IMG/VR virus record: IMGVR_UViG_3300045988_120615
From: a virus
DNA length: 37,867 nt
Strand: one strand, 5' to 3'
In this document: positions 22,398-30,503 of the stretch, piece by piece
Layout: each line of letters opens with the position of its first letter
How positions within the stretch are numbered: position 1 is the first letter of the stretch
The notes under the pieces: generated by a model
What the model saw: only the letters and a program-made list of their open reading frames with translations
Told to the model about the DNA's origin: nothing
Databases searched by the model: none
Position numbers and translations under genes: made by a program

Positions 22398-22757
22398 CTA
22401 CTGCACTTTGTGGACGAGAGTATCGTCCGGGAACGACAATGGTGCTTTACCGACGGACTGTCTCGCCTCATTAAGTATCTGTATCCGGCGGCCGATTTCA
22501 TCCCGGGACACCCCGAAGAAATCTTCAATCAATCTGGAGCTATATACCGGTGTTCCGTCTGCCAGATAACCATCCGGTTTGGGTAGCATTCCTTGCCGAA
22601 TACCGGCGTCAACGATTTTGTCTTTCAGCTCATCCGGTACAAGTGCCAGCATCGTTCCCATCCACTTCAGTGCCTGAGCAGACGTTACCCCGTATTTTTT
22701 CTTTGCCCGGGCATAATCCTCCAGAGCATTTAATAACGCTGTTTTCTCGGTTCCCAT
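22398..22757 (-). CDS. Hypothetical early protein
   Basis: 119-aa ORF. Confidence 0.35.
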   Translation of the reverse strand: MGTEKTALLNALEDYARAKKKYGVTSAQALKWMGTMLALVPDELKDKIVDAGIRQGMLPKPDGYLADGTPVYSSRLIEDFFGVSRDEIGRRIQILNEARQSVGKAPLSFPDDTLVHKVQ

Positions 22758-22768
22758 GTTTTATCCTT

Positions 22769-23152
22769 TCATCGTGCATCTCTGTTTTTTTCAAATGTGT
22801 CCTTCTGTTTGATCTCAACACATGCTTTAACAGCGCTATCCCATATCGCCATTCCTTGCCAAAACGGGGAAAGCGGCTTTTTGTCCGGTTTTTCGTCAAG
22901 TTTCGCCAGCAATGCCGGTATCCGCTCGTCGTCTGCAATCGTGTAGCGGTATGGGTATATCCCTGGTGCCCTTTTCACTATCCCGAGCTGACACATATGG
23001 CGCAAGGCAGCAGAAACGTTTTTCGTGTTATTTTCGATTTCTTCCGCGATCTGCTTTACGGGATAATCCCAGCATGGTCTTTTATATAAAAAGGCCAGGA
23101 TATTGAGGTGCTGCCGTTTCAACCGGCCAAGCGCAAGGATTGATGGTTTCAT
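22769..23152 (-). CDS. Winged-helix DNA-binding protein
   Basis: 127 aa with HLNILAFLYKRPCWDYPVKQIAEEIENNTKNVSAALRHMCQLGIVKR. Confidence 0.35.
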   Translation of the reverse strand: MKPSILALGRLKRQHLNILAFLYKRPCWDYPVKQIAEEIENNTKNVSAALRHMCQLGIVKRAPGIYPYRYTIADDERIPALLAKLDEKPDKKPLSPFWQGMAIWDSAVKACVEIKQKDTFEKNRDAR

Positions 23153-23790
23153 GCCGCCCCCAGTAACGCACGAACCTTGTCTCCCGCACGGGTTATCATC
23201 TGCGGGATATCTCCTCCCATCTGGATGACCCGTCGGGCCTTTTCCGGATCTCCGATCAACACCGGTTTACCACAATCAAAACCATGACGGCTGTTGTTGG
23301 CGTTGGCGATACCTGTCAACACCCCTTTGTATTCCGGCGTGATGCCACGTGACGCATAGCCGCGATAACGCACCTCGAACTCCTTGGCGACAAACGGCCA
23401 TTCGTCCTCGGTCTTTTTGCCGAACTCGATCCACCCTCCCATGTCATCGATGACACGATGGATTAGCGGATCATCGAACACGACATCTTGCCACGTGCCG
23501 ACCTGTCGAACTGCTTTATCGACTTTTGTCCAGGCGATCATCGCGCTGTCGGTTGACGTGCCCCCAATCATCCGGACAACGTCCGCCGGCTTTGGCATGT
23601 ATTGACCATTATCCGGGTTGACTGCGTGGCGACTTAACGCTTCGCTTATCGCTCTCAGGTCATAGTCTTTCAGGCCGTTCCACCACAGCGACAGGGCAAA
23701 CTCCGAGATGGTTTTTCCGTACAGGTCGTAAGTCGCCGATATGATTTGCCTGAATTCGTCAAAGTCCCTGTTCTGCATAATCTTCTCCAA
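23149..23790 (-). CDS. Replication-module protein downstream of the initiator (helicase-loader position; function unproven)
   Basis: 213 aa, overlapping the stop of the O-like gene. Confidence 0.3.
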   Translation of the reverse strand: MEKIMQNRDFDEFRQIISATYDLYGKTISEFALSLWWNGLKDYDLRAISEALSRHAVNPDNGQYMPKPADVVRMIGGTSTDSAMIAWTKVDKAVRQVGTWQDVVFDDPLIHRVIDDMGGWIEFGKKTEDEWPFVAKEFEVRYRGYASRGITPEYKGVLTGIANANNSRHGFDCGKPVLIGDPEKARRVIQMGGDIPQMITRAGDKVRALLGAA

Positions 23791-24598
23791 AAATCAATCG
23801 TTTAGCACGTTCTCCAGCTTCCATGTTCCGTTCGTACAGCGTTTTTTCCTGTCTGCCTCCCGGACGGTTACGCACCCAATCTGCCTTGAATCCGCGCCAG
23901 CCGTTAGCGCAAACGGTTTCCAGCACCTCCGTCAATGTCATTCCGGCTTTTTGCGCTTCCCGGATCAATCCTTTGATCGCTGTCTCCGATATCGGTGCTT
24001 TCAAGCGCTTTCGCAATTCGGCAAAGTCTCTGGCAACGTCATCAGGCACTCCATCCCGGATCAGCAGGTCGGTCGAAAACGGCGCTTGCGCCTTTTGACG
24101 GTTCCCTGATGGTTCTATTGATGGTTCATTGATGGTTATGGGTGCACGTGGTGCGGGGGTCCCCCGCATCTCCTGCGGGGGTGGGGTGCACGTGGTGCGG
24201 GGGTGGGGTGCATCTGGTGCGGGGCGCATCTCCTGCGGGGGTGCATCTGGTGCGGGGGTTGTGGATAACTCCGGCCATTCTGAAACAGGTGAAATCCGGT
24301 ATATCGTGCTTTGTCCCTTGCGCATTGTCGCGATCATGTATCCCATTTCGACAAGACGCTTGATCGCCCCCTGCACTGCACGTTCTGACAGACTTGTTTT
24401 TTTGCATAGGGTCGATATGGACGGGTAGCAATCGCCCTCATCGCTGGCGTTATCACATAGTGCGACAAAAACAAACTTCTGCGTTGTCGGCAATTCGGTT
24501 CCGAATGCCGCTGTCATCAGTTTTACGCTCATTTCTTTACCCCAACCATTCCCGATAAAAACCACCATTCCACCGTCTTCCGGTGGGCCTCTTCCCAC
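23759..24598 (-). CDS. Replication initiator (lambda O-like; N-terminal HTH, C-terminal replisome-organiser-like domain) with embedded origin iterons
   Basis: 279 aa. N-terminus: QKFVFVALCDNASDEGDCYPSISTLCKKTSLSERAVQGAIKRLVEMGYM. A Pro-rich linker is encoded by the DNA iterons. C-terminus: LIRDGVPDDVARDFAELRKRLKAPISETAIKGLIREAQKAG. Confidence 0.55.
   Translation of the reverse strand: MGRGPPEDGGMVVFIGNGWGKEMSVKLMTAAFGTELPTTQKFVFVALCDNASDEGDCYPSISTLCKKTSLSERAVQGAIKRLVEMGYMIATMRKGQSTIYRISPVSEWPELSTTPAPDAPPQEMRPAPDAPHPRTTCTPPPQEMRGTPAPRAPITINEPSIEPSGNRQKAQAPFSTDLLIRDGVPDDVARDFAELRKRLKAPISETAIKGLIREAQKAGMTLTEVLETVCANGWRGFKADWVRNRPGGRQEKTLYERNMEAGERAKRLIFGEDYAEQGL
24105..24260. repeat. Iteron cluster (putative replication origin) inside the initiator gene
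   Basis: TTGATGGTT occurs three times, GGGTGCACGTGGTGCGGGGG twice, GGTGCATCTGGTGCGGGG twice and CGCATCTCCTGCGGGGG twice, in direct orientation. Confidence 0.55.
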
Positions 24599-24828
24599 GC
24601 TTCAACGCGTTCTGCCTTGCTCAATCGGCTCCCCTGATCGATTTCCATATGGCAGTCATGGCACAGATAAGCCACTCGGAAATCATGCGCCTTGATCCCT
24701 TTCCCCTTCCCGTCCCGCGACTGATTGCTGTGAGCGGCTACAACGGTTCTGTCATTGACACGACCACATGCAAAACAGCAAGGCGAGAATTTCGCAAAAT
24801 CAAGTAACTTTTTATTCCGGTAGATCAC
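24529..24828 (-). CDS. DUF1364-like zinc/HNH-like small protein
   Basis: 99 aa with CCFACG...AAHSNQSRDGKGKGIKAHDFRVAYLCHDCH. Confidence 0.35.
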   Translation of the reverse strand: MIYRNKKLLDFAKFSPCCFACGRVNDRTVVAAHSNQSRDGKGKGIKAHDFRVAYLCHDCHMEIDQGSRLSKAERVEAWEEAHRKTVEWWFLSGMVGVKK

Positions 24829-25286
24829 GCAAACATCCTTTCGGAAATGCCAAACTGGACACCAAGAGACGCTCCATAGGCGTATATTTGTTCGAGATAA
24901 AGAGAAAACCCTTTTGTTGTCAGATCGCCCGTTGACGCCTTCAGAATCCGTTCACCAGAAGGCAAATACCGCCATTTCTGATAACCTTCCCGCGTAAGTT
25001 CCGTATCGGCTTCTTCTGGCAAAAATTCCCGTTTGAAATGCTCGTGCCAGACATCGGCCGAGTACGTCTGACCGTTGACGTATGCCTGACTCGCAATGTC
25101 ACGCAGCGGCCCTGCCCACATCAGCGCGTTCTGGTCTTTGTTTCGGCTTTTGATTTGTTCGCCGATCCTGATTTCAATCGGGTTGGCAGCGTCAACCGGA
25201 ACAGTCTTGAGCACCGCAATCGCGGTACCAAGCTGCGCCGGACTGACGACAAGGATTTTCCGTGTAGGGAACCGAGCGCGTTTCAT
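24825..25286 (-). CDS. ninB: NinB/Orf-family recombination protein
   Basis: The start is taken at the ATG at 25286, which has a GGAG RBS and an ATGA overlap with the upstream gene. IRIGEQIKSRNKDQNALMWAGPLRDIASQ...WHEHFKREFL parallels lambda NinB (QERNRSLDQNRKLWACLGDVSRQ...). Confidence 0.6.
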   Translation of the reverse strand: MKRARFPTRKILVVSPAQLGTAIAVLKTVPVDAANPIEIRIGEQIKSRNKDQNALMWAGPLRDIASQAYVNGQTYSADVWHEHFKREFLPEEADTELTREGYQKWRYLPSGERILKASTGDLTTKGFSLYLEQIYAYGASLGVQFGISERMFA

Positions 25287-25585
25287 GGTTTTCTCCAGAT
25301 TTTGATTTCGCGGCGATGACCGGCTGTGCGAGTGGACAGCGCACGCCAACCGGTGTCGATTAACCCATGTTCCTTGATCTGCTGGTGTAACAGGCCGCCC
25401 CAAGCATTCGGGTGATGCGGTTCAGGTAATCCGTCTTCTTCTGCGAACTGGCGGAACATGTCAGAGGTGAACTCCCTGTTTCCGATATGGACAAGGAAGC
25501 GGCGGAAACATGCTTCTGCGCTGGCCGTCCAGTCGGATTGCAGAACAGAAGAAATGCCGGCTTGTTTCTTTGCTTCTCCAGTCAT
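25283..25585 (-). CDS. Hypothetical early protein
   Basis: 100-aa ORF with a GGAGG RBS, translationally coupled to ninB. Confidence 0.4.
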   Translation of the reverse strand: MTGEAKKQAGISSVLQSDWTASAEACFRRFLVHIGNREFTSDMFRQFAEEDGLPEPHHPNAWGGLLHQQIKEHGLIDTGWRALSTRTAGHRREIKIWRKP

Positions 25586-25755
25586 TTCCCCTCCAGTTTC
25601 ATATACTTCGCATGTTCGTGATCCGGCAGGTACGAACCGCGTTCGATCATGCCTCGTGCCAGTTCAACAGCCGATCGCCTTGTCCAGCCTTCATTGAAGA
25701 AGTACCGGATCAGGGCCTTTTCATCGTATGCATGGTTCTTTCCCCGAAACACACT

Positions 25756-25998
25756 TCATTTTTCTTCCATATCTGACCGTTCACGGGCTTCTTTTTCCAT
25801 AAATTCAATTCCCGGTACTTCGATACCGTTCTCTTTTGCCAGCTTGATTAAAGCCAAGCAAATATCGAAAGATGGACTTTTCGTCTTTCCCGTATGTAGC
25901 AAGCTCACATTTGACTGGGAACAGCCAAGGTGCTTTGCGATTTCCTCTTGACGGAATCCTTTTTCGATCAGTTTGGCGGTTATTTGTTGAGCAATCAT
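25756..25998 (-). CDS. Cro-like HTH regulator, divergent from the repressor
   Basis: 80 aa. The HTH is QEEIAKHLGCSQSNVSLLHTGK. Confidence 0.55.
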   Translation of the reverse strand: MIAQQITAKLIEKGFRQEEIAKHLGCSQSNVSLLHTGKTKSPSFDICLALIKLAKENGIEVPGIEFMEKEARERSDMEEK

Positions 25999-26069
25999 GC
26001 TTATATTATGCGCATGCTTATATTTTAAGTCAACAAAATACTTATCATTTTTTGTATTAGGATGCTCAT
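25996..26069. promoter_or_regulatory. Immunity-region control region with divergent promoters and operator-like repeats
   Basis: CATGCTTATATT occurs twice (25996-26007 and 26013-26024). On the minus strand TTGACT-17-CATAAT ends a few nt before the cro-like ATG. An AGGA RBS lies 8 nt before the repressor ATG. Confidence 0.4.
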
Positions 26070-26744
26070 ATGAATATTGGGCGAAGATTAAAAGAAGAAA
26101 GAAATTTAAAAGGGCTGTCTCAACAACAGCTTGCGGATGCTGTTGGCATAAAACAATCTGCTATCTCGCAACTTGAAAGCGGCGCCTCGCAAAAAACTAC
26201 TTACGCTGCCGCAATAGCGGCCAAACTGGGAGTAAACGCCTTATGGCTTGAAACTGGAAGAGGCCCTAAATATCCGGAAGTTTCCGAACCACAGTCCCCC
26301 TCAGAAGACGAATATTTCCTTGTACCGATACTCGACGTACACGCTGCGTGCGGGAACGGACATTTCAACGATCAGGCGCTTGTGGAAGGCGGTTTCGCGC
26401 TGCCAAAAGTCATGCTGCATGATCTGGGCGTGCCTGAAGGACAAGGACGCATCATCCATGCGAAGGGTAATAGCATGGCTCCAACGATTCAGGACGGGGC
26501 CGTAGTTCTCATTAATCTGGCTGACAAGGAGCCAATGATGAGTAAAGTGTATGCGGTTTGCCTGCCGCATGAAGGTCTCGTGCTGAAACGACTGACTTAT
26601 GAATACATCGAGGCTGCGGGGACGTCCGTCTGGATGATGAAGAGCGACAATCCGGACAAGAACCAGCATCCGGACAGGCGTTTGCCTCCTGACGAATCAA
26701 CGATCATCGTCGGGCGGGCAGTGTGGTATGGGAACAGATTGTGA
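26070..26744 (+). CDS. CI/LexA-like phage repressor (HTH_XRE plus S24 peptidase)
   Basis: 224 aa. N-terminal HTH: LSQQQLADAVGIKQSAISQLE. The C-terminus has the Ser nucleophile (GNSMAPT) and the Lys (LVLKRL) of the S24 autopeptidase. Confidence 0.8.
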   Translation: MNIGRRLKEERNLKGLSQQQLADAVGIKQSAISQLESGASQKTTYAAAIAAKLGVNALWLETGRGPKYPEVSEPQSPSEDEYFLVPILDVHAACGNGHFNDQALVEGGFALPKVMLHDLGVPEGQGRIIHAKGNSMAPTIQDGAVVLINLADKEPMMSKVYAVCLPHEGLVLKRLTYEYIEAAGTSVWMMKSDNPDKNQHPDRRLPPDESTIIVGRAVWYGNRL

Positions 26745-26831
26745 GATATAACTATGACAAATGAAAACCAAGACAACCAAGAAAAACCAGAACCGAAACC
26801 AGTTACCATTCCGGCAAAAATGCCAGAAGGT

Positions 26832-27350
26832 CTAGCCTTTGATCATGACCCATTTCAGAATGACCACAAGCAAACCAAAAATGGGCGCGATGGACGAAAT
26901 GATTAGAACCGCATTGAATGTATTGACCATCTTCTGACATGCCCTGTTGATTTCTCTGTAAGCATCGCATAGCCAAATCAACCTTGTTCTTTTGACGCGT
27001 TTCAGTTCATAGCTGTCCTGATACAAAATATCTGGCGGGTAGAATGCTGCTGCCCGCCCCTTCCCGAACAAGCAAGAAAACATCATGAAAGCGCCGCAAG
27101 CAAACCAGACTGCGGCGACACAAAGCATTTCGTAAAAAAATGCGGACTTCAAGCCATCGGCAATCAACCACATCGTTACACCCGCGACGCCCGTCACAAT
27201 AAGACTTGTCAACTTCTGGCATCGCTCCCTGATATTCCAGAAAGATTGTTCCTGCCGCTTCACTCCCTCTTCCCCTATTCTCTCAAGAAAATCAACAAAT
27301 TCATCCGACGCATTGTCGAAGTAATCTTCTTTCAATTCTTTAGCATCCAT
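26832..27350 (-). CDS. Multi-pass membrane protein beside the repressor (candidate superinfection-exclusion / abortive-infection function)
   Basis: 172 aa with 3-4 hydrophobic helices and a GAGGATGAG RBS. It sits in an AT-rich islet, has its own divergent promoter region, and is convergent with cI. Confidence 0.45.
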   Translation of the reverse strand: MDAKELKEDYFDNASDEFVDFLERIGEEGVKRQEQSFWNIRERCQKLTSLIVTGVAGVTMWLIADGLKSAFFYEMLCVAAVWFACGAFMMFSCLFGKGRAAAFYPPDILYQDSYELKRVKRTRLIWLCDAYREINRACQKMVNTFNAVLIISSIAPIFGLLVVILKWVMIKG

Positions 27351-27418
27351 ATCTCATCCTCAAAATTGACCTGCATCAATTTTATCAGAAAAACATAAGC
27401 GTTATATCATTTTACTTA

Positions 27419-27447
27419 TTGATTTATAATATCAGTAATCTTATAAT
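27419..27447 (+). promoter_or_regulatory. Early-left (pL-like) sigma70 promoter
   Basis: TTGATT-17 nt-TATAAT. It lies about 35 nt upstream of the GGAG RBS of the first early gene, next to a TTATAT operator-like motif. Confidence 0.5.
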
Positions 27448-27480
27448 TACTCCATCAACTAAACAATGACGGAGTAAAAA

Positions 27481-27813
27481 ATGGCACACGCAACAAGAGA
27501 TTTCTGTCCAGTGATGGCCGATCTGGCCGCATACGAAAGACAGCAGGATCGCTACGGCCATTTTTGTGATCGGGTCAACAAGGTTGTTGATGAGCTTCTG
27601 GCGGGCGATTTCAACCCTGCTCTGCCAGAAAACATCTCTGAAGCGCTGGAAACTTTCGACGCCTCCCAGATGACAAGCGACCAGATCAAAGACTCCATCT
27701 GGGCGTACTGGAATGATGCCGCCGAAAACTTGGCAGTACAAATCATAGACGAAGAAGACGAACGTGCCCGGGAAGCAGAAGAGCAAGCCAGATATTACTC
27801 CTGCAACGATTAA
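27481..27813 (+). CDS. Small strongly acidic early protein (DNA-mimic / anti-restriction candidate)
   Basis: 110 aa with about 25 Asp/Glu against 9 basic residues. It is the first gene of the early-left operon. Confidence 0.45.
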   Translation: MAHATRDFCPVMADLAAYERQQDRYGHFCDRVNKVVDELLAGDFNPALPENISEALETFDASQMTSDQIKDSIWAYWNDAAENLAVQIIDEEDERAREAEEQARYYSCND

Positions 27814-27887
27814 CACCGGCCTCACGCGTCGTGGTCGGTCTGGTTTCCGGATCCAGATAAAACCGGATTTTCTAAAGGTTGATTTTG

Positions 27888-27989
27888 ATGATGAAAAATA
27901 TGCTTGAACTTTTTACCGGTATTGGATGGGCATTGTATATCGGCCTGTTCTGGGTTGCGGCGGAAATCATCAGAGGAGCAATAGCATGA
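27888..27989 (+). CDS. 33-aa hydrophobic single-TMD peptide
   Basis: MMKNMLELFTGIGWALYIGLFWVAAEIIRGAIA, with an AAGG RBS. Its stop overlaps the next start (ATGA). It is not in the ORF track because it is under 60 aa. Confidence 0.3.
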   Translation: MMKNMLELFTGIGWALYIGLFWVAAEIIRGAIA

Positions 27990-28165
27990 ATATCTCTCCC
28001 CTTGCAATGGATGGTGACAAGACCGTTGGACAGTCTTGCATGATGGAAATCGATGGCTTGTACAAGAAAGGTGTTATCAGCGAAACCGAGCGGGATGCTT
28101 TGATGGATCGGGTTTTTATGGCTGTCGATGATATTTGCAAACAGATTATTGAAGGACGGGAATGA
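27986..28165 (+). CDS. Hypothetical small protein
   Basis: 59 aa from the internal ATG (MNISPLAMDGDK...). It is coupled to the upstream peptide and overlaps the erf start. Confidence 0.35.
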   Translation: MNISPLAMDGDKTVGQSCMMEIDGLYKKGVISETERDALMDRVFMAVDDICKQIIEGRE

Positions 28166-28758
28166 ATGTTTTTGAAAAGCTAAATGCTGTTCGGAGTGAA
28201 TTTCTGAAGTCCGAACACAAGAAAAGCGGATACAACAAGTTTTCCGACTACCGCTATTTCGAGCTGGCGGATTTCCTCCCGGAAGTGCTGATGCTGTGCG
28301 CCAAAAACGGCTTGGGCGGTCATTTCGCCGCGGCAAATGGATTGGCGACGCTGGAAGTGGTCAATATCGAACAGCCTGAGGAAAAAATCATTTTTTCGTG
28401 CCCTCTCGGTTCCGCAAATTTAAAAGCGTGCCATGAGGTGCAGAACATAGGGGCCTGCATTACTTACGCCCGCCGGTATCTCTGGGGATGCGTTGTCGAA
28501 CTAATCGAAAACGATGCCCTGGACGCAATAACAGGGAAGGAAGAGAAGTCTCCAATAAAAAAGGAAAAATCGGATTACGACGATCTGGAAAACCCGGAAG
28601 ACTGGACGGATGTGTTTACGGCGATGGGGGACGCATCGACACTGGATGAGCTGCGGGCGATTTTCGGTCCGGCATGGAAAAAAGCAAAAGGCAAAGACAA
28701 GGACGATATCAAAAAAGAATATGACCGCCTGAAAGCGATGATGGAGGAAAAACAATGA
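28162..28758 (+). CDS. erf: ERF-family single-strand annealing recombinase
   Basis: 198 aa. [20 protein letters not shown] and [29 protein letters not shown] parallel P22 Erf (FGKYKYRSCEDIL; TSSYARKYCLNGLFGIDDAKDAD). Confidence 0.75.
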   Translation: MNVFEKLNAVRSEFLKSEHKKSGYNKFSDYRYFELADFLPEVLMLCAKNGLGGHFAAANGLATLEVVNIEQPEEKIIFSCPLGSANLKACHEVQNIGACITYARRYLWGCVVELIENDALDAITGKEEKSPIKKEKSDYDDLENPEDWTDVFTAMGDASTLDELRAIFGPAWKKAKGKDKDDIKKEYDRLKAMMEEKQ

Positions 28759-29156
28759 GTATCAATAAAGCCATCATTATCGGATTCTGCGGCCGTGATC
28801 CGGAAATACGATATATGCCGAATGGCGATCAGATCACAAACATTTCTGTCGCCACAACGGAAAGCTGGATAGACAAATCCACCGGGGAAAAGAAAGAACT
28901 AACGGAATGGCATCGTATCACTTTTTACCGAAAACTGGCTGAAATCGCCGGACAGTATCTGAAAAAAGGGGCGCAGGTTTATGTGGAAGGACGGCTGAAA
29001 ACACGGAAGTACACAGACAAAAATGGCATAGAGCGTTACCAGACTGAAATCATCGCCGATCAGATGCAGATGCTTGGCCAAAAGCATGACGGTCAGCAAA
29101 CAAAGCGAAATACGTATCAGGCAGGTAAAGACGGTTCAGACGATATTCCTTTTTGA
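28755..29156 (+). CDS. ssb: Single-stranded DNA-binding protein
   Basis: 133 aa with an OB-fold N-terminus ([39 protein letters not shown]) and an acidic C-terminal tail DDIPF. Confidence 0.85.
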   Translation: MSINKAIIIGFCGRDPEIRYMPNGDQITNISVATTESWIDKSTGEKKELTEWHRITFYRKLAEIAGQYLKKGAQVYVEGRLKTRKYTDKNGIERYQTEIIADQMQMLGQKHDGQQTKRNTYQAGKDGSDDIPF

Positions 29157-29166
29157 AGGGTGATTT

Positions 29167-29589
29167 ATGAGACAAGACAAACGCGCTCTTTTTCAGCGTA
29201 TGCAGCAAATCCAGTCATGGAACGGAAAGCTGGATGAGGATGAAAAACGGGATTTGTCTCTTTTCGCCTGGCTTTCTCTGGATTGGGCGAAACGGGAACC
29301 GAACAGGCAGGCTGTTTTGAATATCGTTTCGGTCTGCAATCTGGCATTGGTTCTTGCGAACAAGGAATATCCGAAAGGTTATATGGGTGAAGCGAACACA
29401 GCATTCGCTGTCGTGCTTGCCAACTTGAAATTACTGATTTCCAGAGGAAAGGAAAAAGGAACGTGGTCTCTGAATGGAGACCTTATCCGGAACCTGCCGG
29501 TTGTTCTGTCTCTGCACGATCGTCAACTAACAGAAGTCAGCCGGAAAGTCATGGAGGCTTGTGTCAATTATGTCCGGGAGAATGTATGA
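29167..29589 (+). CDS. Hypothetical early protein
   Basis: 140-aa ORF coupled to ssb and Gp157. Confidence 0.4.
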   Translation: MRQDKRALFQRMQQIQSWNGKLDEDEKRDLSLFAWLSLDWAKREPNRQAVLNIVSVCNLALVLANKEYPKGYMGEANTAFAVVLANLKLLISRGKEKGTWSLNGDLIRNLPVVLSLHDRQLTEVSRKVMEACVNYVRENV

Positions 29590-30083
29590 GTAACTTGTAC
29601 AAGCTGTCTGCCGAAGTGGCCGCACTGAAAGAAAAACTGGAAGCGTCCGATCTGGATGCACAAACAATTGCCGACACGCTGGAAGCGGAAAGTTTCGATT
29701 TCGAGGAAAAATGCAAAGCTCTGGGCTATGTCGTCAAAGAGTTTGAAAGCAAGATCATGAGCCTTGAAGATGCATATGACGAAATGTGGCAGCGGAAAGT
29801 CCGTTTTGAAAACAAGCGAAAAAGCCTGCTTGAGTATTTGCAGGCGTGCATGACGATTGCCGGAGTTAAAAAAGTCGAGGGCGTGGAATTTGATATCGTT
29901 ATCCGCAAGAACCCGCACGCCGTGAAGATCATCGATGAAGGACTTGTGCCGGTATCGTACTGGAAAATCCCGGAACCGGCTCCGGCCAGACTGGACAGGA
30001 AGTCAATCCTGAAAGACCTGAAGGACGGCAAAAGCGTCCCTGGCTGTCAACTGGAACAGACCGAACGGGTGGAAATCAGATGA
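29586..30083 (+). CDS. Siphovirus Gp157-family protein
   Basis: 165 aa from the ATG at 29586 (ATGA overlap). It has an N-terminal coiled coil and then ...GVEFDIVIRKNPHAVKIIDEGLVPVSYWKIPEP. The family is typically found next to erf/ssb. Confidence 0.5.
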   Translation: MSNLYKLSAEVAALKEKLEASDLDAQTIADTLEAESFDFEEKCKALGYVVKEFESKIMSLEDAYDEMWQRKVRFENKRKSLLEYLQACMTIAGVKKVEGVEFDIVIRKNPHAVKIIDEGLVPVSYWKIPEPAPARLDRKSILKDLKDGKSVPGCQLEQTERVEIR

Positions 30084-30291
30084 GACTGAAAGACTGGCTG
30101 ATGGATCAGCCGCCAGACGAACCAACAAACGAAGACGAGCAAAACTCATCCCCCGTCCAGTAGCGGTGACGGGGAGACGAAACAACCGCTACGGCGTGAG
30201 GGTGACACCGACCACGCGTACTCATGATTATCTTTCCTTCGCCAGCTCCCCGGCTCTGGACAAAAGCCGGAATAACCAAAGGAGAAATGAA

Positions 30292-30489
30292 ATGAATGAA
30301 CTGGTGAAGTTGCGCGAAATGCTTTGCGAGATTTTTGGCAATGTGGATTCTTATTTGGTTGTCACAAGAGATGGCGATCAGGCCTACACGGCATTTGATG
30401 CCAACAATGATGATCTGGCTTATATGGTTGCGCTCGCCAATAAAGCGCTTATGCAGCGCCTTGAACAAAAAAATAAAAATCTGAATTGA
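30292..30489 (+). CDS. Hypothetical small protein
   Basis: 65 aa (MNELVKLREMLCEIFGN...) with an AAGGAG RBS. Confidence 0.35.
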   Translation: MNELVKLREMLCEIFGNVDSYLVVTRDGDQAYTAFDANNDDLAYMVALANKALMQRLEQKNKNLN

Positions 30490-30503
30490 ACCTTGAAAAT
30501 ACC

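Noticed and set aside
24105-24260. Possible CRISPR array suggested by the GGGGTGCA... repeats
   Set aside because: The repeats are irregular in length and spacing and have no unique spacers. They lie inside an ORF whose Pro-rich linker they encode. Iterons of an origin fit better.
26751-26903. A 50-aa + strand ORF (MTNENQDNQEKPEPKP...) immediately after cI
   Set aside because: It overlaps the 3-prime end of the convergent membrane-protein gene by about 70 nt. It consists mainly of a repetitive acidic/Pro-rich stretch and has no convincing RBS.
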